Below, piece after piece: positions 40,280 to 53,510 of a stretch of DNA of 64,000 nucleotides. Location of the stretch: contig OX597820.1 of assembly GCA_951406725.2 (NCBI GenBank), positions 28,892,001 through 28,956,000 on the forward strand. The letters are read 5' to 3'. The notes under the pieces were generated by a model. The model saw only the letters and a list, made by a program, of their open reading frames with translations, did not search any database and was not told the DNA's origin. The position numbers and the translations under genes were made by a program. How positions within the stretch are numbered: position 1 is the stretch's first letter; each line of letters starts with the position of its first letter. This stretch comes from Octopus vulgaris (taxonomy: Eukaryota).

Positions 40280-41164
40280 CAGGGTGTTCCAGAAGTCTTG
40301 GGCACATTCTGACATTGAATATCTCGAAAACTATTAAGGACATAAAAATGCATCTGATATATTCTGAAAGCCTGCAATTTCAAGTTTTTTTATGGAATGT
40401 TCAAAGATGTTCAATGTGAGCACCGTGGTCACAAGGCACACATCAACCCGATAGTCCAATTCTTGCCAAACGCGTTGCAACATTGCGTTGTCGATGGTTG
40501 CAACAGCTTTCGTTATTCAGGCCTTCAGTTCATCCACGTCTTTTGGAAGGGGAAGCACATAGACCAATCCTTTCACAAACCCCCACAAAAAGAAATCGCA
40601 GGGTGTGAGATCTGGAGACCTGGGAGGCCAGGGCATGAGAACGAGATCATCTCGCCCAGACCGTCCAATCCATCTGTCTGGCAGTGTTGTGTTCAGATAA
40701 TGTCTAACCTTGAGGCCCCAGTGAGGTGGTGCCCCATCCTGTAGGAAAATGAAGTCCCTACTGGCTCTTCTGATCGATTTACTGGCTCTTCCGCTCGAAG
40801 GTAGTTCGAACTCGCTCAACCGTATCATCTGAAGTTGAGGGACATCCCGTTCTCTTAGCTTGGTGCAAACACCAATCCTTCATGAATTTACACCATGCCA
40901 TCTCAATATGGACTTCCTTTCTGGTGACTCTTTTCGGAATTTTGTGCGAAATGCACGTTGAACATGATTCAGTTTTGCAAATTCAAGGACGTAAAACGCC
41001 CTTTCTGGTTGAGTGAACGCCATTACTGGATCTGAAAAATCATTATCATTACGGAAAAGCTTAACGAATTTAGCTTTAAAATGGTACCAATTTCATCTTA
41101 CTACCAATCATAGTTCAGCAGATATGAGGACTTGAAATGTGCCCAAGACTTCTGAAACACCCTG
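40280..41164 (-). mobile_element. Internally deleted Tc1/mariner element of the DD41D (rosa-like) type
   Basis: TIRs cagggtgttccagaagtcttgggcacatt / aatgtgcccaagacttctgaaacaccctg with TA on both sides. N-terminal VQRAFRTKF..KSIRRASR is fused directly to FIFLQDGAPPHW..RWIGR..WPPRSPDLTPCDFFLWG. Confidence 0.92.
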
Positions 41165-41255
41165 TATATGCTTATAAATCATATACCCGTATGTTCACTT
41201 TATATACTTGCTTATCTCATAGTTATGCATAACATACATCTCTCTTTCTCTCTCT

Positions 41256-41301
<46 letters not shown>

Positions 41302-41603
41302 ATATATATAAATTTATATCTTATAAATTTATATCTTCAGTTATTTTATAGATGGATGGCTGTATATCTATCTATCTATATACATATATACATATATATA
41401 TATATATACGTGCGTGTATGTATACATATACACACTCTATATGTAAGCATGTGAGTGTATATGTATATATATATATATATATTACATTCGCTTGGGCAGG
41501 GCCTCGATTCGAACCTCGAGACTTGAGGTCAGTTCTATAGTTATTGCAGCTAACGATATTTACACACACATAAACACACTAACATATATATTTACATACA
41601 TAG

Positions 41604-41651
<48 letters not shown>

Positions 41652-41691
41652 TTATGGATATGTAAGGGAAGACATCGACAGACAGACATAC

Positions 41692-41755
<64 letters not shown>

Positions 41756-42464
41756 AACATCCATCTATCTATGAAATAACAGAATATATATATATATATA
41801 TATGTATGCATATATGTATTTATGTATGTATGTATGTATGTATGTATGTATGTATGTATGTATGTATGTATGTATGTATATTCAGTTATTTTATATACAT
41901 TCAGCTAATATATTAAGTTATTAAACTGCAATCTGGATTCTTACCAAGTTTTCCTTGCTCAAAACGGTTTATACTATACCAAAATAGAATTTTTTTAAAT
42001 TCTTTCTATTTCATTCATTCTCTCTCCCCTTCTCTCTTTCTTTCTCTCTTTCACTCTATCTGTCCATCTCTCTCTCTCTTTATTAGTCTATCTACCTGCC
42101 AATGTATCTATCTATATATCTGTCTGTTTATCTGTCTGCCTGTCTTTATTTCTAGTTCTGTAATATCAGCTGCCAAATTTCTATTTATCACTCATTCTTC
42201 GCTAACTCTTTCCCTTTCTCCATCACTCTCTACATTTTCTCCTTCCTGGCCATCTCTCTCTCTCTCTCTCTCCCTCACACGTACACACACACCCACACAC
42301 TCACATAAATATATTATGCATGTACACATAAACACACACACACATAGACACAAAGCACAATGCTATTTTCTCCTAAGCTATGTCTTCATACTCCGTTACT
42401 TATAACACATTTATTCTTCTTCAAGGAAATCATCAATAATCTTCTGAAACTGCAGGTAATTAAT

Positions 42465-42531
42465 CATCATCATTATCACATTTTATAGCACTATCATCAT
42501 CATTGTAATCGTCATCATCATCATCATCATC

Positions 42532-42587
<56 letters not shown>

Positions 42588-43175
42588 TATCGTCGTCGTT
42601 GTCTTCTTCATCATCATCATCTTCATTGTCTTCGTTGTTGCCATCATTATCATCATTATCATCATCATCATCATACTCATCATCATCATCACCATCATTA
42701 TTATTATCATGATCATCATCACCATTATCATCCTTATCACCATCATTATAGCCACCACCACTACTATGATCATCATCATCGTCGTCGTCGTCGTCGTCGT
42801 TTTCATCATCATCATCATCGGCATCACCAGCATTATCACCGCCACCATTACCACTATCTTCTTCATTAATATCATCATCATCATCATCATGCTGGTATAG
42901 GTTGTCATGGATTCAGTCAGTTCTCATTTGAAATTACCACCATCTTAGAAATGCCAGAGGATCAAATCTTCCTTGTATGTCACATGTTGGGTGTAATTTC
43001 TACAGTACCATCACCATCATCAGCAGCACCATCACCACCACCACCACCACCATAACATCGTCATCATCTTCATTACCATTATCATTATCACTGTCATCGT
43101 AAACATCATAATCATCATCATCAATAATATCACCCTCGTTGTGATGATACTCATCATCATCATCATCATCGTCAT
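42465..43175. repeat. Degenerate (CAT)n trinucleotide tract
   Basis: Directly visible. Confidence 0.9.
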
Positions 43176-43647
43176 ATCAGGCAACTCCATTTATCGCTCA
43201 CATCATTATTCTGGGGCCAACGCTTCAGCATCTCGACCTCCTGAAAATAACTACCAAATCTCCCTGAAATGGCATATTTCACCGTGATGCAAAAGGAAAC
43301 GTCGTATATTGCTGTTCTCGGTTGCCAGCTCAAATAAAAACGACGTGGTAACCACTGAATGGAATGGAAGATATTTTAATCGTAAAATTGATCAGTAAAT
43401 TTTGACCTGGGGCTAAAATATTAAAATGGTAAAAAAAAAAAACAGTATCAGCACAATCGTTAACCGTTTTCTTTTATCTTCCCAAAACGCCATAGTCAGC
43501 CATGCCATCATTATCATAATCGTCATCACTACCGTTTTCATTACTCATGCTAACTTCGTTGTCGTCATCATTGTTCTTTGTAGTCTTTTAATACCAATCA
43601 TGATCATCATCATCATCATCATCATCATCATATTCTTCAACATTTAT

Positions 43648-43811
43648 AGGCGCAGGAGTGGATGTGTGGTAAGTAGCTCGCATACCAACCACATGGTTCC
43701 GGGTTCAGTCTCACTACGTGGCACCTTTGGCAAGTGTCTTCTGCTATAGCCTCGGGCCGACCAAAGCCTTGTGAGCGGATTTGGTAGGCGGAAACTGAAA
43801 AGAAGCCCGTC

Positions 43812-43868
<57 letters not shown>

Positions 43869-43945
43869 AAATCAGTTTCGATTGTTAATATCCGCAAGGA
43901 TAAACAGCAATCTCGTCAGCATGGTCTGTCATATAGAAATACAAT

Positions 43946-43980
<35 letters not shown>

Positions 43981-44191
43981 TTGTCGTCCCCCCACCCACC
44001 CACAACATCGCTTGACAACCGATGCTGATGTGTTTACGTCCCCGTAACTTAGCGGTTCGGCAAAAGAAAAACGATAGAATAAGTACTAGTCTTACAAAGA
44101 ATAAGTCCTGAGGTCGATTCACTCGACTAAAGGCGGTGCTCCAGCATGGCCGCAGTCAAATGACTGAAACAAATAAAAGAGTAAAAGAGTA
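43648..44191 (+). mobile_element. SINE family B, full length, with an extra insertion inside its internal (TA)n
   Basis: Head aggcgcaggagtggatgtgtggtaag..gggttcagtctc, core ggcacctttggcaagtgtctt, tail tgactgaaacaaataaaagagtaaaagagt. Confidence 0.92.
43871..43925 (-). ncRNA. Hammerhead-ribozyme-like motif, 3'-truncated
   Basis: Minus strand: caug-CUGACGA-gauug..aucc uugc ggau..caauc-GAAAC-ugauuu, then (TA)n. Perfect core and G-C closed stem II; stem III and the 3' strand of stem I are missing. Confidence 0.6.
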
Positions 44192-44919
44192 TTGATATAG
44201 TAATCATCATCATTACTATCATCATTATAACCATCACCATCATTACAGTCGTCATCATCGTAGTCATCATCTTCATCATTCATTACCATCATCATCATCG
44301 TTATTATTTTCACCACCTTCGGTGTCGTCATCATCTCATGTCATCATCGTAATCGCCAAGACATTCATCACTGTCTTCCGCATCATTGTCTTTCTTTCTT
44401 TTTATCCCTTTTATTTTTTCCTTTTTTTCCCCTTCCATTGTTTTGTTTATTTGTTTTTTCTTCTTACTTCCCAAATACTCTTTCATCGTTTTCTTTATTC
44501 CTTTAACACTTTCAATTTCTAATCAGTTCCATCATCGCATTTTCCTTACATTTGCTCGAGACTGACACTTCACACCTTTTTATCTATTTTATATTCCAAC
44601 AAAGAAAGATGGAGATTTTATTTATTTTTACTATGATCTTCCTAAACTCTAACTGCATTTAAACAAGAAACCAAAAGTGAGTAATTTATAGTATTGTTGC
44701 CAAGGCTGTTACAGAATAAAATGCTAATATCTAGGCTTTAATGAATCGAACATGTGAAAATAACTTAGTGACCTTCATGCTTTGCCGGAAGCATTAGAGA
44801 TAGAATGGGAGTAGGACCCTGCTTCAGCTGAGGATTCAAATACAGACAAAGTTTACACGCGAGCGACTATGCCTTGCTAACGGGCACCATGGTTTTTTGT
44901 TGTTTGTTTTTGGTTCCTT

Positions 44920-45138
44920 ACGTAGTTCCGAGCAGACATAGATACCCGCACAACTCTACGTTACAGCAGGAAGGAGAAAGAGCGGCACCGACACCCGGTT
45001 GTTGCCATAAGAGCCGTGCAGACTGGAAGAACGCGTAATAAGGTGCCTTGCTCAAGGATGCAACACGCAACCCGGTCCAGTAATTGAACGCGCGACTTTG
45101 TGATCAGAAACTGAACCACTCTAAAACTAGACACATGT
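44920..45138 (-). mobile_element. Diverged SINE related to family C
   Basis: aaggtgccttgctcaaggatgcaacacgcaacccggtccagtaattgaac matches the family C core and head. Confidence 0.6.
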
Positions 45139-45186
45139 TTTCATCAAACATTGAAATCACATAATGTCTTCGCTCCGCCATAATTT

Positions 45187-45262
<76 letters not shown>

Positions 45263-45767
45263 TCTCTCTCTCTCTCCAGATCTCACAACAAATATACAAG
45301 AAAGACATAAATTCTATCTCTGAACATTTAACTGCTCTAAGCTTTCTAACAAACGTAAAATGGCGTACCGGGAGATAATCTGCTAGAATGAACAGCTAAG
45401 TCTTCCTCACACCAAACCTTACAGTCTTAAGATGAAAGAAAGAAAAACCTTGATAATGTACCCCGAGAATAAATTATACCCACTTCTCTAAAAGTGGCGA
45501 GAAAATGTCTTGTATGAAAATTCGTTCCTGCAGCTCTGTGTTCGAATCATTATAACGAAAAATTGTCTTTCATCCTTTGAGAAATCGATGGAATAGCACT
45601 AAAATGGAGCCCAATAAATCAATTGAACGCAATGATACCCTATTATTAAAGAAGAAAAATGGTGGACCTTCTACGAGGTTCAAAATCAATCGAAAACCAC
45701 AAATTTATCGCTGAGAGGGTTTAAGAATGATTGAGCTGCTACCTGTGCATGAGTGGTTTATCTTTCA

Positions 45768-46001
45768 AAAGGCAGCGAGCTGGCAGAATCGTTAGCACGC
45801 CGGGCGAAATGCTTACCGATATTTCGTCTGCCGTTACGTTCTGAGTTCAAATTCCGCCGAGGTCAACTTTGCTTTTCCTCCTTTCGGGGTCGATAAATTA
45901 AGTACCAGTTACGCACTGGGGTCGATATAATCGACTTAATCCGTGTGTCTGTCCTTGTTTGTCCTCTCTGTGTTTAGCCCCTTGTGGGTAGTAAAGAAAC
46001 A
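45768..46001 (+). mobile_element. SINE family A, full-length long-tail form with a 13-bp TSD
   Basis: Head aggcagcgagctggcagaatcgttagc..gagttcaaattcc (B box); TSD ggtttatctttca at 45755-45767 and 46002-46014. Confidence 0.95.
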
Positions 46002-46119
46002 GGTTTATCTTTCATTAGTTCCCAACAGACCAAACTGGAAGTTTGATTATGGTTGGACAATAAAGTAAAGCGTTAAGGGGCGGAACTGGGTATAGCATTT
46101 TACATCTGTCGCCATATTT

Positions 46120-46282
46120 GTTTCTAGGTTTAAAATGAGGACAACAATTTTAGTTGGGGTTGTTGGTGGGTGGCTAGTTGGTTAGATCAATATCAGTACT
46201 TTGGTTGCACTTTATATTATCGATTCTGAAAGAATGAAATTCAAGGATGGTCGCAGCGGGATTTGAACTCAGACCGTAAATC
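46120..46282 (-). mobile_element. SINE family A, degraded
   Basis: attatcgattctgaaagaatgaaa..gcgggatttgaactcagaccgtaaa. Confidence 0.6.
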
Positions 46283-46514
46283 CATGAACACATGAGTCTA
46301 CAGATAAATGTGTATGTATGCGTGTGTGTATTTATGTTTTTGTGTATTTTGTGTATTTGTGGGTACGACTGTGTGAGTACGGGTAATATTCAATACATAC
46401 AATGATATACACACAATATACCCCAAGAATATGATTTTTATCAAAGAGATATCAACATATACATAATATCAATATATATGTGTACGTGTGAGTATTTATG
46501 TATGTATACATTCA

Positions 46515-46680
46515 TGTATGTATGTATATGTTGATATTTGTATGTATGTATATGTTGATATCATTTGTATATGTATATACATACATGCGTAAATGTGTGT
46601 ATGTATATGTGTAAGTATGTATATGTTGATATCATTTGTATATGTATATACATACATACATGCGTAAATATGTGTGTGTG
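46515..46680. repeat. Short tandem repeat (~72-bp unit) of microsatellite-like sequence
   Basis: tatgtatatgttgatatcatttgtatatgtatatac..acatgcgtaaat occurs twice, plus a partial copy. Confidence 0.75.
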
Positions 46681-47179
46681 TGTATATATGTAACAAAGGC
46701 ACATATGTGCTCTTCGTATGTGTATGTCCACGTTTGGGTGTATTGTTTTCACGAGATATTGTGTATGGACAGGCGCTTCAACAGGAGGCTTGTTTCACTT
46801 AAGTACGTATATATTTATTCCCGATGATGAATGAGACTTAGATGGTGGATGGTATATATCTAATTCACATGAACATTTTTTTTTGTGGGAATATTTTAAG
46901 TTTTTCTCTGTTGTTCTTGTTACTTTTTTATTTTATCTTTCTTTTATTTCTTTACATTCTTTGAATGAAATATATAAGGGAATGCTATGTATATAAAGGT
47001 CTTTTCCTATGAATATTAAAATATGCATTCTATGAAACGCATACTTATTTCGAATCGACAGCAGCTTTGATCTGGTAGCTTAAAAAAAACACAAGAACAA
47101 AATGATTGCTGTATTAATAATACGTTAATAACAACAACGACAACAACGACGACGATGATGACGATGACCATAACAACCA

Positions 47180-47360
47180 GTTCTAATTTAGGAACAGAGC
47201 CAGAAGTTTTTGAGAAGAGGGGTTAATCGATATCATCGACCCCCGTGCGTGATTGCTAAATAACTTTGTTGATAAGGTAAGGATGAAAAGCAAAGTTGAC
47301 CTCGACAGGATTTGAACTTAAAATGTAAAGGTCCAGGGAAAATATCACAAGACATTTACT
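47180..47360 (-). mobile_element. SINE family A, diverged short-tail form
   Basis: aaggatgaaaagcaaagttgacctcgacaggatttgaact. Confidence 0.75.
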
Positions 47361-47396
47361 GTCAATAATAATATACTGTCAATAGTAATAATAATG

Positions 47397-47762
47397 GTTT
47401 CTTTTATTAGCCACAAGGGGCCAAACCGTGAAGGACAATATCGAAAAATGAGTTACTGCACACACAAAAAATTTACAAAAACATGTGGGGTTAGCATCAA
47501 TTAAGGGGAGCTACTACCACATTAAAGGCTATAACAGGGGATATATAATAGAAAGTTGAGAAATAGATAATAAATAAATAGAATCCGCAAAAGCGGGACA
47601 GTCCATTTAGGGTAATCCAGGGTAGACCCCACACAAAAATCCTGGATTATTCTACCATCTCTAAGGCATGGGTAAGTACCCTCTTCCAGTTTCTTTCCTC
47701 CTGCTTGGAAAAGCATATTCAGAGTAGATCCATTCAGTCTCACCAGTCTTGTCACTGTCAAC
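47397..47762 (-). mobile_element. L1-Tx1-like LINE 3' end
   Basis: Minus strand VTRLVRLNGSTLNML, then a UTR ending ggccccttgtggctaataaaagaaa like the other Tx1-type ends. Confidence 0.55.
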
Positions 47763-47769
47763 CATCTTT

Positions 47770-49000
47770 TGATACGAATCTAAATGGCTGCTATAAGATT
47801 AGAGCGATTAACACGTGGGCGGTTGCTTTGATGAGATATGGGGCAAGGATACTATCTTGGAAGAAGCATGAATTACAAGAGATAGACCGGAGAACATGTA
47901 AATTAATGACAATGAACAAGGAACAACACTCCAAGTGTGATGTGTCAAGATTGTATGTAAATAGGAAGGAAGGAGGACGGGGATTGGTGTGTTGTGAAGG
48001 TTGTGTATGGGAAGAGGAGAATAGCCTGGCTTGGTATGTCAAGGGTAGTTAAGAAATAATAATTGAAGCATTGGAAATGCATGGAACCTTAAAAGTGAAC
48101 AAAGCCGTAGATCCAGTACAATTTAAGAATGACAAGAGAGAGAGAGCAGATGGACAAAATTTGGCAGGACAAGAAAATGCATTGTCAGTTCTTGAAAAAT
48201 AAAGATGAGATTGACTGGAATGAAACCTGGTAATGGCTGCACAAAAGAGACTTAAAAAGGTCCACTGAGGTATTAGTGTGCAGCGCCCAAGAACAAGTTC
48301 TCAAAACAAACTACTACAAATATCACATTGATAAAAGCACTGACTCGCCACAGTGTAGAATGTGCTCTGAGAAGGGAGAAAGTATAAGCCATATTATGAG
48401 TGCTGTAAGCTCGCACAACGCAAATGCAAAAGGAGACACAACAATGTGGCCAGATATGTCCACGGGCTGTTGTGCAGTAAAGCAAACCTCGAGTGAGCCG
48501 AACAATGGCATGAACACAAGCCAAAGGGAACAATGGAAAACGAACTTTACAAAATACTCAGGGGTTTTAACGTGCAGTGCGACCAAGTCATAGAGTCGAG
48601 ACGACCAGATATCGTGCTTATATATGAAGATCAAAAAGAAGTAAAGATAATTGATGTTGCAATACCAGACAATTCGAGGGTGAGATGTAAGAAAACAGAA
48701 AAGATTGAGAAATACTATCCACTGCGGGACGAGATAGGAATGTTATGGGGCACGAGGAAAGTAATGGTGATACCGGTGGTAATTGGAGCATTAGGAGCAG
48801 TTTCCAAGGGCTTTGAAAAGCATATTAAGAATATTGGAGCTTCTGTCAGCATTGTTGGGTACAGCTCGTATTATATGGAGAATATTGTCTCTTTGAGTCA
48901 CAGGAGAAGGCACTACTTGAAACCTTTGGTGATTTGTTATTGCCTGTTTTCGAGTAAAGAATAACCGGTAATTAAAAAGTATCCGAGTGTCTTTCAGAAT
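47770..49000 (+). mobile_element. 5'-truncated, mutated R4/Dong-like LINE (RT C-terminus, CCHC knuckle, PD-(D/E)XK endonuclease)
   Basis: KIRAINTWAVALMRYG..DVSRLYVNRKEGGRGL; AQEQVLKTN..CRMCSEKGESISHI; RRPDIVL..IIDVAIP..KIEKYYPLR..IPVVIGALG; followed by (AAC/AAT)n. Confidence 0.92.
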
Positions 49001-49022
49001 AACAACAACGACAACAACAACA

Positions 49023-49138
<116 letters not shown>

Positions 49139-49160
49139 TGTAATAATAATAATAATAATA

Positions 49161-49755
49161 ATTTATTTATTGGTCACTAGGGCCAAACACAAAACATACG
49201 AGACGGTGCACAGACGAGGGTCAGTCAGCTTAAATGTGTAAACAGCAACCTCACACAACGCTTAAGAGATTAAACCAACAATGTTTCCCCAGTAGGGGAA
49301 GTTCCACCATAAGGGACTAAAGATCCCTCGTGGATTTTGAACCCCGTAGCACCAAAAACTCCTCAAGGGAGCACCCTCTCCTCTCCCTTCCATCCGGGCT
49401 ATAGGTGCACACTTAGAGTAGGCCCGTTCAGGCAGGCCATTCACCCACATTTCAACGAACTTACTGGGTGACAGTATCTCCCTCTCCAGCCTCAATTTCC
49501 TTTCCAGGTGGAATCTGATAAAGTAAATGAGACATTGGCCAAAGAGGAAGGTACCCGATTTCAACACTTCCAATCGCGTCCATCACGCCACCTCTATTGC
49601 CATAGCCACCAGACAGAGACAAATTGCCCTCTCTTCCCAGCCGAAGGAAGGAGGCGGGGCGACCTTCACAATGGACTCTGAAAGTAGTCCTACACGTGAC
49701 AATAGCAGTTTAACAAAGCTCCACTAGTCGGTAATGCTGTACGAGAGCATGCAGT
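49161..49755 (-). mobile_element. L1-Tx1-like LINE 3' end (ORF2 C-terminus plus 3' UTR)
   Basis: Minus strand HALVQ..WSFVKLLLSRVG..CLVAMAIEVA*WTRLEVLKSGTFLFGQCLIYFIRFHLERKLRLEREILSPSKFVEMWV; ends ggccctagtgaccaataaataaat in (ATT)n. Confidence 0.75.
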
Positions 49756-49759
49756 AATA

Positions 49760-50025
49760 AATCCGTAAACAGTGTCAAAATACTTTTAAATATACATAAC
49801 AGAAAACACCTTTAACTGTCATAACATCAGACTATCAGGTTATAAAATTACTTTTAAAACAAACTTCTAATTTACTTATGTTTTAACAGACACTCTCAAG
49901 AACAATACTCTGTGCAAAACCAGTCATAACACCAACTTTAACTTCTAACTTGTCTCTTGAGGTCTCTGGGTGAAACTTGGGGTCAACTTGTACAAATACA
50001 AAGCAAAAGCTAAACATAATAAAAA
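49760..50025 (+). mobile_element. Probable non-LTR (R4-like) 3' UTR fragment ending in (AAT)n
   Basis: tctcttgaggtctctgggtgaaacttgg..aaagctaaacataataaaa runs directly into an AAT/AAC array; the assignment rests on tail context only. Confidence 0.4.
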
Positions 50026-50077
50026 TGATGATGATAATAACAATAACAATAACAATAATAATAATAATAATAATAAT

Positions 50078-50143
<66 letters not shown>

Positions 50144-50145
50144 AA

Positions 50146-50193
<48 letters not shown>

Positions 50194-50208
50194 TAGTAAT
50201 AATATTAC

Positions 50209-50732
50209 GCTCTCATGGCATCTGATCTTAACTGATTGGAAGTGTTATGTACATATTTTGTCTTGGTATAAAAGATGGGCTACATCAAATATTCTGCTCA
50301 ATATCACAGATTTGCTTGTTAGTTGTTTGAAGTTAACCAGTTGAGCATGTCCCTTAGTGGCTAAAGATATGTGCATCTCTGATCACAAGCAGAAGTAGTA
50401 GGGGAGCATCATAGCCATGTGTTGAGAGAGATTCTTTGAGGTTTGAATAAATCATCTTTGGAAAGATGGGTGTTTCGTTCAACATCCTTAAACAATCTTT
50501 ATTCAGGGACCTTTTGAGCGGGATGAGCTACTCGACCAGAAGAAAATTGTAACTGGGTTCCACCTGCAACGTCATGCGCTGTTTATCTTGATATGAGATC
50601 ACCAAGTCGCGCAAATATGGTTGTGATGCATGTGCCTGGTGTACCCTTATCAGAAGGGTAGTCATGATGGATATACTGGGCTTCGTATATTTTACCGCTG
50701 TGTCACTTTGATGGCATGCACTACTCTCTCAC

Positions 50733-50733
<1 letters not shown>
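50209..50733 (+). mobile_element. (AAT)n-embedded retroelement end; copy 2
   Basis: Collinear with 31748-32281. Confidence 0.8.
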
Positions 50734-50771
<38 letters not shown>

Positions 50772-50781
50772 TATAATAATA

Positions 50782-50913
<132 letters not shown>

Positions 50914-50915
50914 TT

Positions 50916-50956
<41 letters not shown>

Positions 50957-51068
50957 AAGGACGTGGCTATTAAAAACCAAAACCATCCCTTTTTTTGAAT
51001 GTGCTCTGGGAATGATCAAGAAAGGTTTGCGTTATCAAAGTTTTACTGGAAATCCATCACTGCCACTA
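50957..51068 (+). mobile_element. Small R4-like endonuclease C-terminal fragment
   Basis: RTWLLKTKTIPFFECALGMIKKG..GNPSL (cf. MWxLKTxxIPVVIGALGMIKKG..GxP). Confidence 0.6.
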
Positions 51069-51969
51069 CCACATTCAGTCTTTATTAATGAGATGACAAA
51101 ATGGCATTTGCATCTGTCTTATTCTTCTTTGATCGCCGTGGTACAAGGTTAATTCGAAAATTATTTAATCATTTTAATTTTGTTCAACGTAGCAATTTGC
51201 CCGCCCCTTTTTTTTTTTCAATCTTCAATGGTAATACTGGTTCATCCTGCTACTTAGAAGAAACATTGATTCAGTAATCAAAGGCTCAGCCACTGATCAG
51301 TCAGCAAGAGAGCATATCTCGGAAATGCTAGCTTCATTGATGGTTACCACATCTATATCCAGTGGTCGTTCATGCTTCTACAACTCCACACCACGTGCTT
51401 TTATACATCCTATTTGTAACTGCGGCATGTTAGCAAGCAAAAATGTGCAAAAATTCACCTAAAAAAATTTACCTAGACTTATTTCATCCAAGGAATGCCT
51501 ACCGTGTCCCTCCCGCCAAACACCTTCAGCATAGAGTTTTGCTTAAGCTCTATGAGATCCTTATATGAGAAACCTACTTATGCATTAGTAAACTTCGGGT
51601 ATCACTTGTATCAATAGTCTGATTGGTTTTGTCATCCTGAGAAATTCACTTACATCCCACTCTATCGGTTATTATATCTTTGTTCTTGCGTACAAATTTC
51701 ATTAACTCACTGTTGTCCTTCCAAGAAACAGTAAAATTGCAGTGATTTAGTGCTGACATTATTGTTGTTGTGGAAGTTGTGGAAGTTGTGGAAGTTGTCG
51801 CTGCTCTCCTTATTGCTGCTGCTGCTGCTGCTGTTGCTGTTTTATTTATTTATTCATTCATTCATTCTTTGTATCTCCGACTGTTGTTCTAGATGCAGCT
51901 GCGTTATCATCTCTTCTCATGTCGCTGTTGTTGATGCAGATCTTCTTCGCTATGTTGTCCCTTCTCTCA

Positions 51970-53069
51970 GTGCTGCTGCCGATGATGATGATGATGATGA
52001 TGATGGGGAGGAGAAGGAGGAGGAGGAACAACAGGGGTGGGAGCAACAGGAGGAGGAACAGGAGGAACAGTAAGTGTAGGAGCAACAGGAGGAGGAGCAG
52101 GAGAAACAGCAGGAGGAAGAGCTGAAGGAGCCGGATGAGGAGAAGCAGGAAAAGGAGGAGCAAGAGCAAGAGCAGGTGCAGCAGGAGAAGGAGGAAGGGC
52201 AGGAGGAGAAAGAGGTAGAACAAGAGCGGAGCAGGAGCAGGAAGGCAGGGACAGGAGGAGGAGCAGGAGGAGCAAGAGCACAGGAGTAGGTGGGGCAGGA
52301 GGGGCAAGAGGAGCTGGAGGGGTAGGAGGGCAGGAGCAGATGGGGCACGAGGGGCACGAGGAGCAGGAGGGGCAGGAGTGGCACGAGGAGCAGGAGGAGC
52401 AGGAGAGGCAGGAGGGGCAGGAGAAGCAGGATGAGCAGGAGCATGAGGAGCATGAAGAGCAGGAGGAGTGTGAGTAGGAGCAGAAGGAAGACCAGGAGGA
52501 TGAGCAGAAAGAGGAGCAGGAGACGGAGCGAGAGGAGGAGGATGTTATTATTGCGGTTGTTGTGGCTGGTTTGTAAAACAATAACATCAACAACACCATC
52601 AACAATGCATTAGCGAAAAGAAAAACAATCACCGCACCATCATCGTCGACGTCGCCGTCGTCATCATCATCATCGCCATCAACATCAATGCCCTCATTAT
52701 CATCGTCATCATCATCATCATAATCATCATCATCATCACTACCGTCACTACGACTACCACTAGCATAACCATCACTATTACCATAGAAGAAGAAGAAGAA
52801 GAAGAAGAAGAAGAAGAAGAAGAACAACAACAACAACAACCACAACAACAACAACAACAAGAACAACAACAACAAGAACAACAACAACAACAACAACAAC
52901 AAAAGGAAGAAGAAGTATGACGAGTTGGTGAAGCCGGAGAATAAAAATAACAAAAAATGACGATAGGGACGAAGAGGAGGAGGACGACGACGACAACGAT
53001 GACGACGATTATGATGATGATAACGATAATGATGATGAGGAGGACGATGATGATGAAGACGACGACGAC

Positions 53070-53146
<77 letters not shown>

Positions 53147-53161
53147 CGATGATGATGACGT

Positions 53162-53194
<33 letters not shown>

Positions 53195-53291
53195 CAATGA
53201 TGATGATGATGATGAAGACGATGATGATGATGAAGACGATGATGATGATGATGATGATGATGATGACGATGACGATGATGATGATGATGAA

Positions 53292-53325
<34 letters not shown>

Positions 53326-53352
53326 AAGACGATGATGATGATGATGATGAAG

Positions 53353-53385
<33 letters not shown>

Positions 53386-53390
53386 AAGAC

Positions 53391-53427
<37 letters not shown>

Positions 53428-53462
53428 TTGATGATGATGATGATGATGATGACGACGACGAC

Positions 53463-53510
<48 letters not shown>
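51970..53510. repeat. Large trinucleotide low-complexity block: (GAG/CAG)n purine-rich, then (CAT)n, (GAA)n, (CAA)n and (GAT/GAC)n
   Basis: Directly visible; source of the 531-aa poly-His ORF artefact. Confidence 0.95.
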
